NCBI GenBank assembly: GCA_964016885.1 | Contig: OZ024741.1 | Location: forward strand, 407,092,001 to 407,156,000 | Length of the DNA stretch: 64,000 nt | Direction: 5' to 3' | From: Eledone cirrhosa | Lineage: Eukaryota | Shown: positions 25,901 through 39,533 of the stretch, in pieces | Layout: every line of letters begins with the position of its first letter | Numbering within the stretch: the stretch's first letter is position 1 | Notes under the pieces: model-generated | Seen by the model: the letters and a program-made list of their open reading frames with translations, nothing else | What the model was told of the DNA's origin: nothing | Database searches by the model: none | Made by a program: the position numbers and the translations under genes

Positions 25901-27994
25901 AGATGATAGGACTGGGGTCCCTATCATTAAATCACCCGAGACACCTTCAACGAGATATACCTTGAAGGAGGCCAGCTAAACCTGCATAGGTGTGAGCTGT
26001 AACAACAATAAAACAACATTGCCGATGCTTATTCCCAGTTTCCTTGGTGTTAAGTGACCGAGAGTACAGTACTCTCCAGGGATTGACCCAGTGACATTTA
26101 GATAATACGCCTAGCATTCTAAATATTAAGTATTGTGGCTTGTTATAGAGATACAAAATGGTATGAATAATTAATTGAAACCTATAGTTAGAGTGTATGA
26201 AGTGCATCGAGTTTTGATTCTCAGTTGTTTTCTAATCCTTTAAGTATTTAATGTATTTTCTAAACAAAATAACATCATTGATATACCATATTTCTTCCTC
26301 TAATGTTATACAGCTTGGTGCTTTGTAAAGACAAACATATCTATTAGTGAATATCTCCTGCCAGAAGACTGCAGTTTAAACCACTAGTAAGCCACAATTC
26401 TATATTCTTGGGCAAGATAAGTCTTGTATAGCTTCCTTTTGACTTCTGAATGATGATATACGAAAAGAGTGAAGATTGGAATGATTCTATTTATGTATTT
26501 CCTTGAATCATGAACCATGTGATGTATTCACAGCTATGAAACAAAAATGATCTGCAGAATACATTCAACGTAAGATATAATTTCTTGAATTACTACACCA
26601 AGAATATTTTCAAGGTGTGAATTAACTTTAGTACTAAATGACTTCAACTAGAGAATGTTGGAACTTAATATCACATTGAAACGTTCAGGGATACTAATTG
26701 TGTTGTCAAAGAACCAGCATTGTCTCTTTTTTAAAGGAAGCAGTATGCTATCTATACGTGTCCAGACTCCCTGCAAGGATATTTTGTAATGCGATATTAT
26801 GATCTGATCGAGATTTGGATCAAAAAGACAATTTAGGCCCTGCAGATATTCATCCATAAATTGCGGTTCTATTAATCTTTAGAATGCAGTTATAAACTTT
26901 TTATTCACATTTCCAGAGAAATATTTGTCTGATCGATTGTCTCTGAAAATCTTTCGCTGCGAGAAATATATGAGATGCTTTTCTTAAGTTTCCTAAATTT
27001 CAGATCATATATTAGTTCAAGACTTTACAACATTACATCGTTCAATAGTTTGCATCTCAATAAAGATAAAAATAAACAAAACCTAAAGTGTAAATATAAA
27101 ACAGTTAATACTAATTACACCAAAAATAGTAATTTGTAATGATCTGGAAATGAATTGATGTAATGAAGGTAACGATGATAAATATCACACCTGAAGTAAT
27201 ATAGCGGCAGGTAAACCTTGGCCAATTTCTTCAGAGTAACGACCTCATATAGATATTAAGATCAAGTTGACAATCTAATGAACTTACTCATTAACAATTA
27301 GTTTTAATCTAAAAGAAGAACTGTTAATCACAAGAGTGAAGGTTTGTCTTTATTTCAGAACGCCCCGGGATAAATATGTTATTGATGTTTCTCTCGTTTT
27401 TTTTTATATTTGATTGCCTGACACGTCTCATTAACATTTTAAATGATTAGCATTATATTAATGATCATTTATCGATTACTTATGATGATGTGAAAATTAC
27501 ATATTTTGCTGTGGGGAAGAGGCAAAATATTTATTAGATTGCGACATCAGTTCGTTTTCAATAGTATTAGAGATTTAGGGGTATGTATACTGAAGAACGT
27601 TTATGATAAAATCTCCTAGGTTTTACTCCCTATTAATTAAATAAAGACACATTGTGGCTGATTTAGAGATTTATTAAGTTATATGGTGTAATGTTCATTA
27701 TATTTGCACATTTATTATACAGTCATTCACTGTTGAGGAGAAATGAGAATCTATTATTAGTAAATGGAATCTGCTCAAAGTAGGAAATAGAAACTGCTAG
27801 ATAGCTTCCATCTTACATTCTTGGGGATGGTATGGCTTCCTTTCAAATCATGAATGGAGATATTTGAAAAGAATGGAAAATTCATATAACTGTATGTTTA
27901 CAAATAAATAAAGCATAAGCTTTCTAAATCATTTCCAACAAGCAATCAAAATTACCCTACACAATAATTTCAACGGAAAAACTAGTATAATTTA

Positions 27995-29625
27995 TAATTG
28001 TTTCTACTTTTGGCACAAGGCCTGCAATTATTCTAGTGTATTACTGGTACTTTATTTTATCGACCCCGTAAGGATGAAAGGCAAAGTTAATCTCGGCGGG
28101 ATTTGAACTCAGCCCCCAAAGGAGTGTAACTCTATGCTGCAAAGCATGGCGTCCGACCCTCTACCGATACTGCCAATCCACCGCCAATTGTTATTATAAA
28201 TGTATCATTTATAATAACAATTAATGATTTCTAGTGTTGGTATCTGACTATGAATATTCTTAAGACCTGGGGTGAACTAGATTGAAATAATCGCAGAAAG
28301 TTCTAGAGGTATTTGCACTCAGAATGTGAATATTCTCCTCTTTAATCACTTCTACATGTCAATAATCAACATATACTGTTGTGTTCCTCATGAGTAATCC
28401 ATTCGTCTATCAAAATACAAGTTTTACGTTTGTATGATTGTTAATATATCCAGTAATCCTGGTATAAATGACATACCAATCCTACAGCCCTCACTTTAAA
28501 TACATCCAGTGTTATTACCGTCAGTAATAATTGTTTCTACTTTTGGCACAAGGCCAGCAAATACCCAGTACATTACTGGTACTTTATTTTATCGACCTCA
28601 TAAGGATGAAAGGCAAAGTTAACCTCGGCGGGATTTGAACTCAGACCATAAAGGGCCGTAACTCTTTGCTGCAAAGCATGGCGTCAGTAATAATAGCAGT
28701 GATCCACTAGCAATGATAATAATAAATTCCTTAAAAGAAATCCTGCCTTTCGACAAATATACAGTCAGGTTTTGGAGGGTTAATTTCAAATTATTGTTTG
28801 ATATTTGTATTAGATCAAGGAAACAAATATATCGTTTTAAAAATCCCAACATTGCATTATATATGTTTAATAGGGCGGGATTGGCAGTATCGGTAGAGGG
28901 TCCGTCGCCATGCATTCCAGCATAGTTACGTCCCTTTATGTTCTGAGTTCAAATCCTGCCGAGGTTAACTTTGACTTTCCTCCTTTCGGGGTCGCCAAAA
29001 TAAAGTACCAGTAATGTACTGGGATCATTGCTGGCCTTGTGCCAAAAGTAGAAACAATTATATATGTTTAAAAAGAGTCTGTAGTATCGTCAGATATTTT
29101 GTTCAGTGAATTCCTGTTTTAAGTTGGATATTTCCTTCCGTTTCCCGAAGTTCATTAGATCTTCTAATATATACATGTTTTTTTTTTTTAGACTTTCGCT
29201 TGAAATCAGATTTCACGCAACACCACTATGGCCATGCCATTATATCTTGGAATGGATGTTAAAGTCTCGGGGCATCTTTGTAGGCAAGAAATATTGCATG
29301 ATTAGTTTGTTGTTTTTTTTCATCTTGTTAATATTTTTAGCATTCAGAATTGGATTAGTTGAAACCCTCAAAACATTACATCTTTCAACAGTTATCTCTT
29401 CGGGGCATACGTCAAAAGGAAATAATTTTAACTTAAAACTAAAAATAAAATTTTAGACATTAATGACAAAAAACTTAGCAATTAGTAATGATCCTAAAAT
29501 TTGATTAACGTAAAGAAAATAATTGTTTCTACTTTTGGCACAAAGCCAGCAATTACCCAGTGCATTACTGGTACTTTATTTTATCGACCCCGTAAGGATG
29601 AAAGGCAAAGTTAACCTTGGCGGAA
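27995..29625. mobile_element. Four SINE family A copies: 27995-28186(-), 28525-28686(-), 28872-29060(+), 29520-29625(-)
   Basis: Consensus match. Confidence 0.85.
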
Positions 29626-30123
29626 AAATAATGAAGAAAATAATATATTGAGATATGAAATGAATTCACATAGATTGGGTTTCAGTGTTCATTTTAAGCG
29701 TGGAGTCTTTTTTATTTTTTATTTTCTATAATCAATGTGTTTACATATGTTTTCCAAATTCATGTTTCGGTATACCTTATTGTAAGGGTTAAGGGAGGGC
29801 AGATCTGGCTATATGGGAAAGTAGAGGAAAGGATTATGAGAACCATAAATCAGAAGAAAAAAAGGGGGAGGGGGGTCAAGGACTCTAGGGCCACAGAAAC
29901 AGCGAGGGGGATGGTAATTAACTAAATGGCAACTAAAGTAGTTTTACGTTAGGCATATTTTGTTAATTACTTGAGAATAATGACGTTATAGAATCACCTA
30001 GCTGAAGATGGCATGATAAAACAGGTCGGCATTAAAAGATAATCAAAAAGACGTAGTGTTAATCAGAAGGGGGCAAGTGATGCTTTATTAATACTGCTAC
30101 AGGATAAATAGGATTTGATTACC

Positions 30124-30124
<1 letters not shown>

Positions 30125-30154
<30 letters not shown>

Positions 30155-30471
30155 CTTCTTCTTCTTCTTCTTCTTCTTCTGTTGATGGTGGTGGTGTGTT
30201 AAATGTATCCTCAAAAAGAAGAAGAAGAAGAAGAAAAGAAGAAGAAAACGAAGGAGAAAAAAAAGAAAAAGAAGAAGTAGAAAACGAAGAAGGAAAAGAA
30301 GAAGAAGAAGAAGAAGAAGAAGAAGAAGAAGAAGAAGAAGAAGAAGAAGAAGAAGAAGAAGAAGAAGAAGAAGAAGAAGAAGAAAGAAGAAGAAGAAGGA
30401 GAAGAAGAAGAAGGAGAAGAAGAAGAAGAAGAAGAAGAAGAAGAAGAAGAAGAAGAAGAAGAAGAAGAAGA
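30125..30471. repeat. (TTC)n followed by (GAA)n microsatellites
   Basis: Directly visible. Confidence 0.95.
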
Positions 30472-30569
30472 ATATTAAGCCAGTCATGTTTTATATCGAT
30501 ATGATCTGGGATTTGATGGAATTTCTTGAGTTTCCTTTTTTATTTTGCATTTTTGCTAGCTTTCCCTGA

Positions 30570-30785
30570 GTGGATTGATAATATCAGTAGAGAGTCGGGC
30601 ACCATGTTTAGTGGCATAGAGTTACGGCCCTTTACATTCTGATTTCAAATACCAACGAGGTTAACTTTGCCTTTCATCCTTACAGAATCGATAAAATAAA
30701 GTACCAGTAATACACTGAGGTCGATATAATTGGCTTCCGCTCCACTAACATTGCTGGCCTTGTGCTTAAATCAGAAACCATTATT
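30570..30785 (+). mobile_element. SINE family A
   Basis: Consensus match. Confidence 0.8.
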
Positions 30786-30805
30786 TTATTATTATGTTTT
30801 GAATT

Positions 30806-33800
30806 GATTACCTGTCACTTTTCATTAGAGGATTACCTGTCACTTCTCATTAGTGTACCAGCTGGATTACCTATCACTTCTTATTAGTGGATTACCTGTC
30901 ATCACTCATTAGTGGATTACCTGTCACTTCTCATTAGAGGATTACCTGTCACTTCTCATTAGCGGATTACCTATCACTTCTCATTAGTGTACCAGCTAAT
31001 TAGTGGATTACCTGTCACTTCTCATTAGTGGATTACCTGTCACTTCTCATTAGTGTACCAGCTGATTAGTGGATTACCTGTCACTTCTCATTGGTGGATT
31101 ACCTGTCACTTCTCATTAGTAGATTACCTGTCACTTCTCATTAGTGTACCAGTTGATTAGTGGATTACCTGTCACTTCTCATTAGTGTACCAGTTGATTA
31201 GTGGATTACCTGTCACTTCTCATTAGTGGATTACCTGTCACTTCTCATTAGTGTACCAGTTGATTAGTGGATTACCTGTCACTTCTCATTAGTGTACCAG
31301 TTGATTAGTGGATTACCTGTCACTTCTCATTAGTGTACCAGTTGATTAGTGGATTACCTGTCACTTCTCATTAGTGTACCAGTTGATTAGTGGATTACCT
31401 GTCACTTCTCATTGGTGGATTACCTGTTACTTCTCATTAGTGTACCAGCTGATTAGTGGATTACCTGTCACTTCTCATTAGTGTACCAGTTGATTAGTGG
31501 ATTACCTGTCAGTTCTCATTAGTGTACCAGCTAATTAGTGGATTACCTGTCACTTCTCATTAGTGTACCAGTTGATTAGTGGATTACCTGTCACTTCTCA
31601 TTAGTGTACCAGTTGATTAGTGGATTACCTGTCACTTCTCATTAGTGTGCCAGTTGATTAGTGGATTACCTGTCAGTTCTCATTAGTGTACCAGCTAATT
31701 AGTGGATTACCTGTCACTTCTCATTAGTGTACCAGTTGATTAGTGGATTACCTGTCACTTCTCATTAGTGTTCCAGCTGATTAGTGGATTACCTGTCACT
31801 TCTCATTAGTGTACCAGTTGATTAGTGGATTACCTGTCACTTCTCATTAGTGTACCAGTTGATTAGTGGATTACCTGTCACTTCTCATTAGTGTACCAGT
31901 TGATTAGTGGATTACCTGTCACTTCTCATTAGTGTACCAGTTGATTAGTGGATTACCTGTCAGTTCTCATTAGTGTACCAGCTAATTAGTGGATTACCTG
32001 TCACTTCTCATTAGTGTACCAGTTGATTAGTGGATTACCTGTCACTTCTCATTAGTGTACCAGTTGATTAGTGGATTACCTGTCACTTCTCATTAGTGTT
32101 CCAGCTGATTAGTGGATTACCTGTCACTTCTCATTAGTGTACCAGTTGATTAGTGGATTACCTGTCACTTCTCATTAGTGTACCAGTTGATTAGTGGATT
32201 ACCTGTCAGTTCTCATTAGTGTACCAGCTAAATAGTGGATTACCTGTCACTTCTCATTAGTGTACCAGTTGATTAGTGGATTACCTGTCACTTCTCATTA
32301 GTGTACCAGTTGATTAGTGGATTACCTGTCACTTCTCATTAGTGTTCCAGCTGATTAGTGGATGACCTGTCACTTCTCATTAGTGTACCAGTTGATTAGT
32401 GGATTACCTGTCACTTCTCATTAGCGTACCAGTTGATTAGTGGATTACCTGTCACTTCTCATTAGTGTACCAGTTGATTAGTGGATTACCTGTCAGTTCT
32501 CATTAGTGTTCCAGCTGATTAGTGGATTACCTGTCACTTCTCATTAGTGTACCAGTTGATTAGTGGATTACCTGTCAGTTCTCATTAGTGTACCAGCTAA
32601 TTAGTGGATTACCTGTCACTTCTCATTAGTGTACCAGTTGATTAGTGGATTACCTGTCACTTCTCATTAGTGTACCAGTTGATTAGTGGATTACCTGTCA
32701 CTTCTCATTAGTGTTCCATCTGATTAGTGGATTACCTGTCACTTCTCATTAGTGTACCAGTTGATTAGTGGATTACCTGTCACTTCTCATTAGTGTACCA
32801 GTTGATTAGTGGATTACCTGTCACTTCTCATTAGTGTTCCAGCTGATTAGTGGATTACCTGTCACTTCTCATTAGTGTACCAGTTGATTAGTGGATTACC
32901 TGTCAGTTCTCATTAGTGTACCAGCTGATTAGTGGATTACCTGTCACTTCTCATTAGTGTACCAGTTGATTAGTGGATTACCTGTCACTTCTCATTAGTG
33001 TACCAGTTGATTAGTGGATTACCTGTCACTTCTCATTAGTGTACCAGTTGATTAGTGGATTACCTGTCACTTCTCATTAGTGTACCAGTTGATTAGTGGA
33101 TTACCTGTCACTTCTCATTAGTGTACCAGTTGATTAGTGGATTACCTGTCACTTCTCATTAGTGTACCAGTTGATTAGTGGATTACCTGTCACTTCTCAT
33201 TAGTCTACCAGCTGATTAGCGGATTACCTGTCACTTCTCATTAGTGTACCAGTTGATTAGTGGATTACCTGTCACTTCTCATTAGTGTACCAGTTGATTA
33301 GTGGATTACCTGTCAGTTCTCATTAGTGTACCAGCTGATTAGTGGATTACCTGTCACTTCTCATTAGTGTACCAGTTGATTAGTGGATTACCTGTCACTT
33401 CTCATTAGTGTTCCAGCTGATTAGTGGATTACCTGTCACTTCTCATTAGTGTTCCAGCTGATTAGTGGATTACCTGTCACTTCTCATTAGTGTACCAGTT
33501 GATTAGTGGATTACCTGTCACTTCTCATTAGTGTACCAGTTGATTAGTGGATTACCTGTCACTTCTCATTAGTGTTCCAGTTGATAAGTGGATTACCTGT
33601 CAGTTCTCATTAGTGTTCGAGCTGATTAGTGGATTACCTGTCACTTCTCATTAGTGTACCAGTTGATTAGTGGATTACCTGTCACTTCTCATTAGTGTAA
33701 CAGTTGATTAGTGGATTACCTGTCAGTTCTCATTAGTGTACCAGTTGATTAGTGGATTACCTGTCACTTCTCATTAGTGTACCAGTTGATTAGTGGATTA

Positions 33801-34690
33801 CCTGTCAGTTCTCATTAGTGTACCAGTTGATTAGTGGATTACCTGTCACTTCTCATTAGTGTACCAGTTGATTAGTGGATTACCTGTCAGTTCTCATTAG
33901 TGTACCAGTTGATTAGTGGATTACCTGTCAGTTCTCATTAGTGTACCAGTTGATTAGTGGATTACCTGTCACTTCTCATTAGTGTTCCAGCTGATTAGTG
34001 GATTACCTGTCACTTCTCATTAGTGTACCAGTTGATTAGTGGATTACCTGTCACTTCTCATTAGTGTACCAGCTAATTAGTGGATTACCTGTCACTTCTC
34101 ATTAGTGGACTACCTGTCACTTTACCTGTCAGTTCTCATTAGTGTACCAGCTAATTAGTGGATTACCTGTCACTTCTCATTAGTGTACCAGTTGATTAGT
34201 GGATTACCTGTCACTTCTCATTAGTGTACCAGCTAATTAGTGGATTACCTGTCACTTCTCATTAGTGTACCAGTTGATTAGTGGATTACCTGTCACTTCT
34301 CATTAGGGTACCAGTTGATTAGTGGATTACCTGTCACTTCTCATTAGTGTACCAGTTGATTAGTGGATTACCTGTCAGTTCTCATTAGTGTACCAGTTAA
34401 TTAGTGGATTACCTGTCAGTTCTCATTAGTGTACCAGTTGATTAGTGGATTACCTGTCACTTCTCATTAGTGTACCAGCTAATTAGTGGATTACCTGTCA
34501 CTTCTCATTAGTGGACTACCTGTCACTTTACCTGTCACTTCTCATTAGTGGGTTACCTGTCACTTATCATTAGTGTACCAGCTAATTAGTGGATTACCTG
34601 TCACTTTACCTGTCACTTCTCATTGGTGTACCAGCTAATTAGTGGATTACCTGTCACTTCTCATTAGTGTACCAGATAATTAGTGGTACA
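30806..34690. repeat. Tandem satellite, 41-bp unit GTGGATTACCTGTCACTTCTCATTA-GTGTACCAGTTGATTA
   Basis: Period 41 (e.g. 31267 to 31308), with 25-bp monomers at the array edges. Confidence 0.98.
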
Positions 34691-35014
34691 TCTCTTGTTA
34701 GATGTTACTGAAGTCGTATTTAAAAGGGATGAAGTGTACATAGAATATCTTTTAAGAAAGCCACAACATGAGATATAGGTATTTGCATTCACAATGGGAA
34801 TATCCTCCTCTGTAATCACTTCTACCTTTCAGTAATCAACAAATACTCGTGTTTCTCTTAGGAAAACCATTCATTTATCAAAACACAGATATCCTTTACA
34901 AGTTTTATATTTGTTCATTTGTAAAAGGTGACGGTGTTTGTCATGGTGATGGTAAGATACCAAGTGGACTCTTTTCTTATATACATATATATACACATAT
35001 ACATCGTATCATAT

Positions 35015-35096
<82 letters not shown>

Positions 35097-35134
35097 ATAT
35101 GATATGATGTATATGTGTATAGATACAAACACCG

Positions 35135-35169
<35 letters not shown>

Positions 35170-35170
<1 letters not shown>

Positions 35171-35745
35171 TAATAAATAGAGAACAGAAAACAAACAAAC
35201 GAAGAGGCAGTACAAATGATATTAGTATTAGATTCATGCTTGAGAGTGGGGTGGGGCGGTACGGGCATAAGCCCTTCATCAAGAGAAAAGTGGGTAGGAA
35301 GAGAGTTCGAGGGTGTGTGGGGGAGTGGTGGAAAAACATTTTTGAAAAAAGGGGGGAGAGAAAAGGGAGGAAATAAATTTTTGTTAGAGAGTAAAGGAAA
35401 TTTAAAAAAATTACAAATAAAAATAAAAATAAAAATAAACAAGTGGTGAAAGGGTGTGAGGCGTTTAGGGGTGGTGGTAGGTAGAGGGAGGCGGGGGATC
35501 CGAGCGGGGAGGGCTGAAGGTGGTGTTTGTGAATGTGTGTAGGTGTACGTGTGTGTGTGTGAGTGTGTGTATGTGAGTTGGGGGAAGAACGAGGTTCCAT
35601 GTTCAGGTAAAAGGGAAACCGGTGTGTACATGGGGTGGTGTGTGAGTCGGTGTGTGCGTGCGTGTGAATGGAGAGGGGTCTGAGGGGTTGCGGAGAGGGG
35701 ACGTTTGGAGTCCGGAGGCTGAGTGTGCGTATGTGGGGATACATA
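35170..35745 (-). mobile_element. Probable decayed PLE 3' end
   Basis: Minus strand TTGATGA-AGGGCTTATGCCC-GTAC (HHR-like, GAAA lost) at ~35258-35285, between (TA)n tracts. Confidence 0.4.
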
Positions 35746-36063
35746 TATATATATGCATATAGAAGGTTGGCGATGTGGGGAAAGGAAGAACTACATTGAC
35801 CATTAGCTTATATATAAATGTAGATAAATAGATAGGTAGATAGATATATTTCTTTATTTACCATAAAGGCATAAAAAGAAGGGACAAATACAAAGGGGGA
35901 GTTTACATACAATCGAGTAAAAAGGGTGTAACATGAAAATAATCGAAAATAACCTCAAAAGGGAGGGGACGTGATGGGGGTTGCACACACTCCCGAAAAA
36001 GTATGCAATCCTTTGCCCGGGGAGCACATGGAGAAGGTGCTCCGCTCTGCTTTACTTCTTTAC

Positions 36064-39000
36064 CTACAGGATGGTATACAGAGAAGGCCCATTTACACGA
36101 GCCATTCTCGCCACTATCACCCACCTTTCATAAAACTGCCTGTGGCCAAGCACCTCTCTCTCCATTCTTATCCTTCTTCCGAAGTGATATCGGAAGAAGT
36201 AGACCAGACTATGGCCAGAGAGGAAGTTGCCTGACCTCAGACCTTTCAATCGTGTCCACCAAACAACCTCTTTCAACATGGCTATTACGCACAGAAAAAC
36301 CGCCTTTGCTTCCTTTGTGAAGAAGGGAGGCGGTTTGATTGTCATCACGGACTCGGCGGTCAATTGAATCGGCGCCACCCGCGACAGCAGTCGTTCTGCG
36401 TAGCCCCACAGATCAGCCACGCCCGGACATTGCACCATTGCGTGCGCAACGGTTTCTTCGTGACGCACGCATCTAGGGCAAATCTTTTTTGAGGGATCCC
36501 TGCCCGGGCGCCCGTGTCTGTAGAGCCTCACTCGAACGGGTAGAGCCCCTCGGTAGCACTGCCAGGCCAGTGACTTCTGGAAGTTGTCCATTGGTCCTGG
36601 GCCGAAAGTCCTACCGAACAGGCTGGCCAGTTCGTCTTCTCCCATGTCCAGCGACTCTCCAAGGGTGTCATCGCCCCTGCTAGCCACCAGCCCTCTATAG
36701 AATGATGAGGTGGATTCTCCACCGATGGCCTGGCCCGCTTGCCAGAGAGCCCTGAGCGCCTGAGCACACTCAGTGTGCCAGTCTCCCAGTTTTCCGGATC
36801 TTTGCTTGACCCAGGACTGTAGCTCGGTGAGCGAGACGAGTCTCGGAAAGGCTCGTTTCATGAACGGAGCCCACACCGGTTGACCAGTGAGGAATACCTG
36901 TAGGTGCCGTAGCCTTAATGCGTGCCTACGCATCATCAACCACGGCATCCCCAACCTTCCTTTCGAAGTTTTTGGCAGCAGATGGATCTTCTCACCATAG
37001 GAGGGCGCTTCTTCCAAAGAAATTGGAAGAGCATGCGTTCCATGGTGGTGAGTGTTTCCTTAGGGCAAGGCACGACAGTCAGGCGGTAGTAAGTGACGGA
37101 CGCTATGTAAATGTTCGCCACCTCCGCCCGGCCTTTTAGGGACAGCTTACACTTGGCCCATTTCTGGGTTAGTGCAAACACCTTGTTCGTAACCTCGTTC
37201 CAGTTCTTTTCCACCTGGAGGTCCGGTCCAAACCAGACCCCAAGCAACTTTACCGGGCCCTCCGTCCAGTGTCCGACGACACCGTCAGGAGGCATCGGTC
37301 TGCCTCTCCACGTTCCGAGTTGCAGCCCGATGGATTTTTCCCGGTTCAGTTTCGCTCCTGACAACCTTTCGTACTCCTCCAGTAAGGTACCGATCGCCTC
37401 GATCTCCGAGTCGGTTGATACCATTACTGTTACGTCTTCGGCGCAGGCCGACACCGCTTTGCTCAATCCTGGTTCCAGGGGGATACCCTGCAACAACTCC
37501 AACTTCCTCAGTAAAGGCTCGAGAGTCAATACGTACAGAAGGGAGGAGAGAGTGCACCCCTGTCGAATGGATCGTGTGATTTCGAACGGCTTCGAAAGGT
37601 AGCCGTTCACGTTGATCCTAGAACAGATGTGGTTGCTATGTAGGGTAGTGATCCAGCCTCTGAAAACAGGACCGAACCCAGCCGCCGCTAGCACCGCATC
37701 CAGGTAACCATGGTCGACCCTATCGAAGGCCTTAGACTGATCTAAGTTGATCAGGGCCCCACCGAAGCCGGGTTTGTTGCCAACCCTCTCTATGATGTAT
37801 CGCATGAGGTGGAGGTTATCGTGAATGGACCTGGATGGGATAGCACATGTCTGCGCATCTCCCACCAGGCCACCCACGACAAGCGCCAACCTCTTTGCTA
37901 ACACCTTGGCCAACATCTTTAACTCTGTGTTTAGCAGGGTTATGGGCCGAAAATTATTTATACTATCTCCCTTGTTCTCGTCCTTGCTCACCAGCGTGAC
38001 TACGCCCTTGGCTACAGAACAAGGAATTCTCCGGTTCGGCTGCCAATTGCAGTAGACCGCTTTGAGGAGTTCGGAGAAGAAGACCGGCATTGCTAAATAA
38101 AGTTCGTAAGGTATACCATCGAGACCTGGAGATTTGCGTCTGCTGCATTGGCTCAGCGCATCTCCGATCTCATCAGCCGAGATTGGTCCCTCGCAGGACT
38201 CTGCCTCTTCGCTCGAGAGACGCGGCAGGCCGTCGAGGTATGGACCGAAATCCACGTCCCCGCCCGGACCCTCGCCTCCCCCGAACAATCGGGCAAAGTG
38301 CCTTTGAAAGGCCTCGCACATCTGCTTAGGCTCCCGGATCGCCCGTCCATCTTCGTCTTGCAACGACCGGATGGTGGATCGATATCCACTCTTAGCTTCT
38401 GTCACGCGGGCCCAGCCAACGGCTTTGGCCCCCTCATTACCTAGAGCACATATTTTACTTCGAATGACGCAGCCTTCGTGCTTTGCATCGAAAAACTGGT
38501 TCAAGGCCGTCCTCGATGCCAGCACTCTGGCCACATCTTCGCTCTTGATTGCCTCTTCTAATTTACCTGTTAATTCTTTCTCGTTTCTATTCCTATCGGC
38601 AGCTAACATCTTGCTATAACTTATTGATTCTGTTTTAATCTCTCTTTTGAGAGATGCCCACCATCGGTTGTTGACGATTGCACCCGTCAACCTCTCCTTA
38701 ACTAATCTGCTAATCCGGTTTCTGTAAGTCTCTTTTGCCGGTAAAGACAAATTAAGTTTCCAGTAACAGGGACCCTGTCTATGTGTTTTCTCGAGATTGA
38801 CCACGCAGGTCACTAATTTGTGATCCGTGTAGCCAACCGTGTGCATTTCTGGACAGCTTAATATGTCCCTATCCTTACTTCTAACTAAGAATCTATCTAA
38901 GTACGATCTAGATTGACCACTGTGGTTTCTCCAAGTCCAGGTAGGCACAGTTGGAAAATCTAGTCGATATCTATCGACCAAGTTAAAACGGTCGAGTAAC

Positions 39001-39500
39001 CCCTTGAGGCTGTTACACCCCCCTCTATTAGGACATGCTCCTGCATAGTCCCAACGTGCATCTAGGATGTCATTCCAATCCCCCGCTAGAAGCAGGGAAC
39101 GCGACGTTCCCAGAAAAGTCTCTAAACGCTGGAAGAAGTCGGGCCGTTCAGCTCCGAAAGCGGAGTAGACGGCGACCAGTCTTAAGGCCGCACCTTCACT
39201 ACTGCCAACGTCTAGCACCAACAAACGACCCTCCGGGTCCGAGTGCACAACCTGTACGGCAAGACCCAGGTGTTTTTGCAGCAGAACGACAACCCCACCC
39301 CCACCTCCAGGTTGACAGAGAGATGCATGCACCTCAAAGTCATCGAAGGTAGGGGCCAGCTGCCGCACGACGCTGATCCGAGTCTCACAGATAACGATTA
39401 CATTTATCCCACATGACCTGAGGTCATTTAGAAGCTTTGCTTGCTTCCAAGTTGAGCCCAGGCCACGTGCATTCAAACATCCTACTCTTAACACATCCAT
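36064..39500 (-). pseudogene. ORF2: APE endonuclease + RT + C-terminal Cys/His domain, inactivated
   Basis: LNARGL, CET, GDWN, SYLDRF, TDH, KSPGLDG, FRPITLLN, KAFDRV. YADD has become CAED and there is a frameshift near 36960. Confidence 0.92.
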
Positions 39501-39533
39501 GTGGGCGGCAGAGCCAAAGGAGAGTGTAGAGAC

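Noticed and set aside
28872-29060. tRNA genes
   Set aside because: The A/B boxes belong to SINE heads and no complete cloverleaf is seen.
30806-34690. CRISPR-like repeat/spacer look of the 25+16 array
   Set aside because: The 16-bp spacers are near-identical, there are no cas genes, and the context is eukaryotic. It is a satellite.
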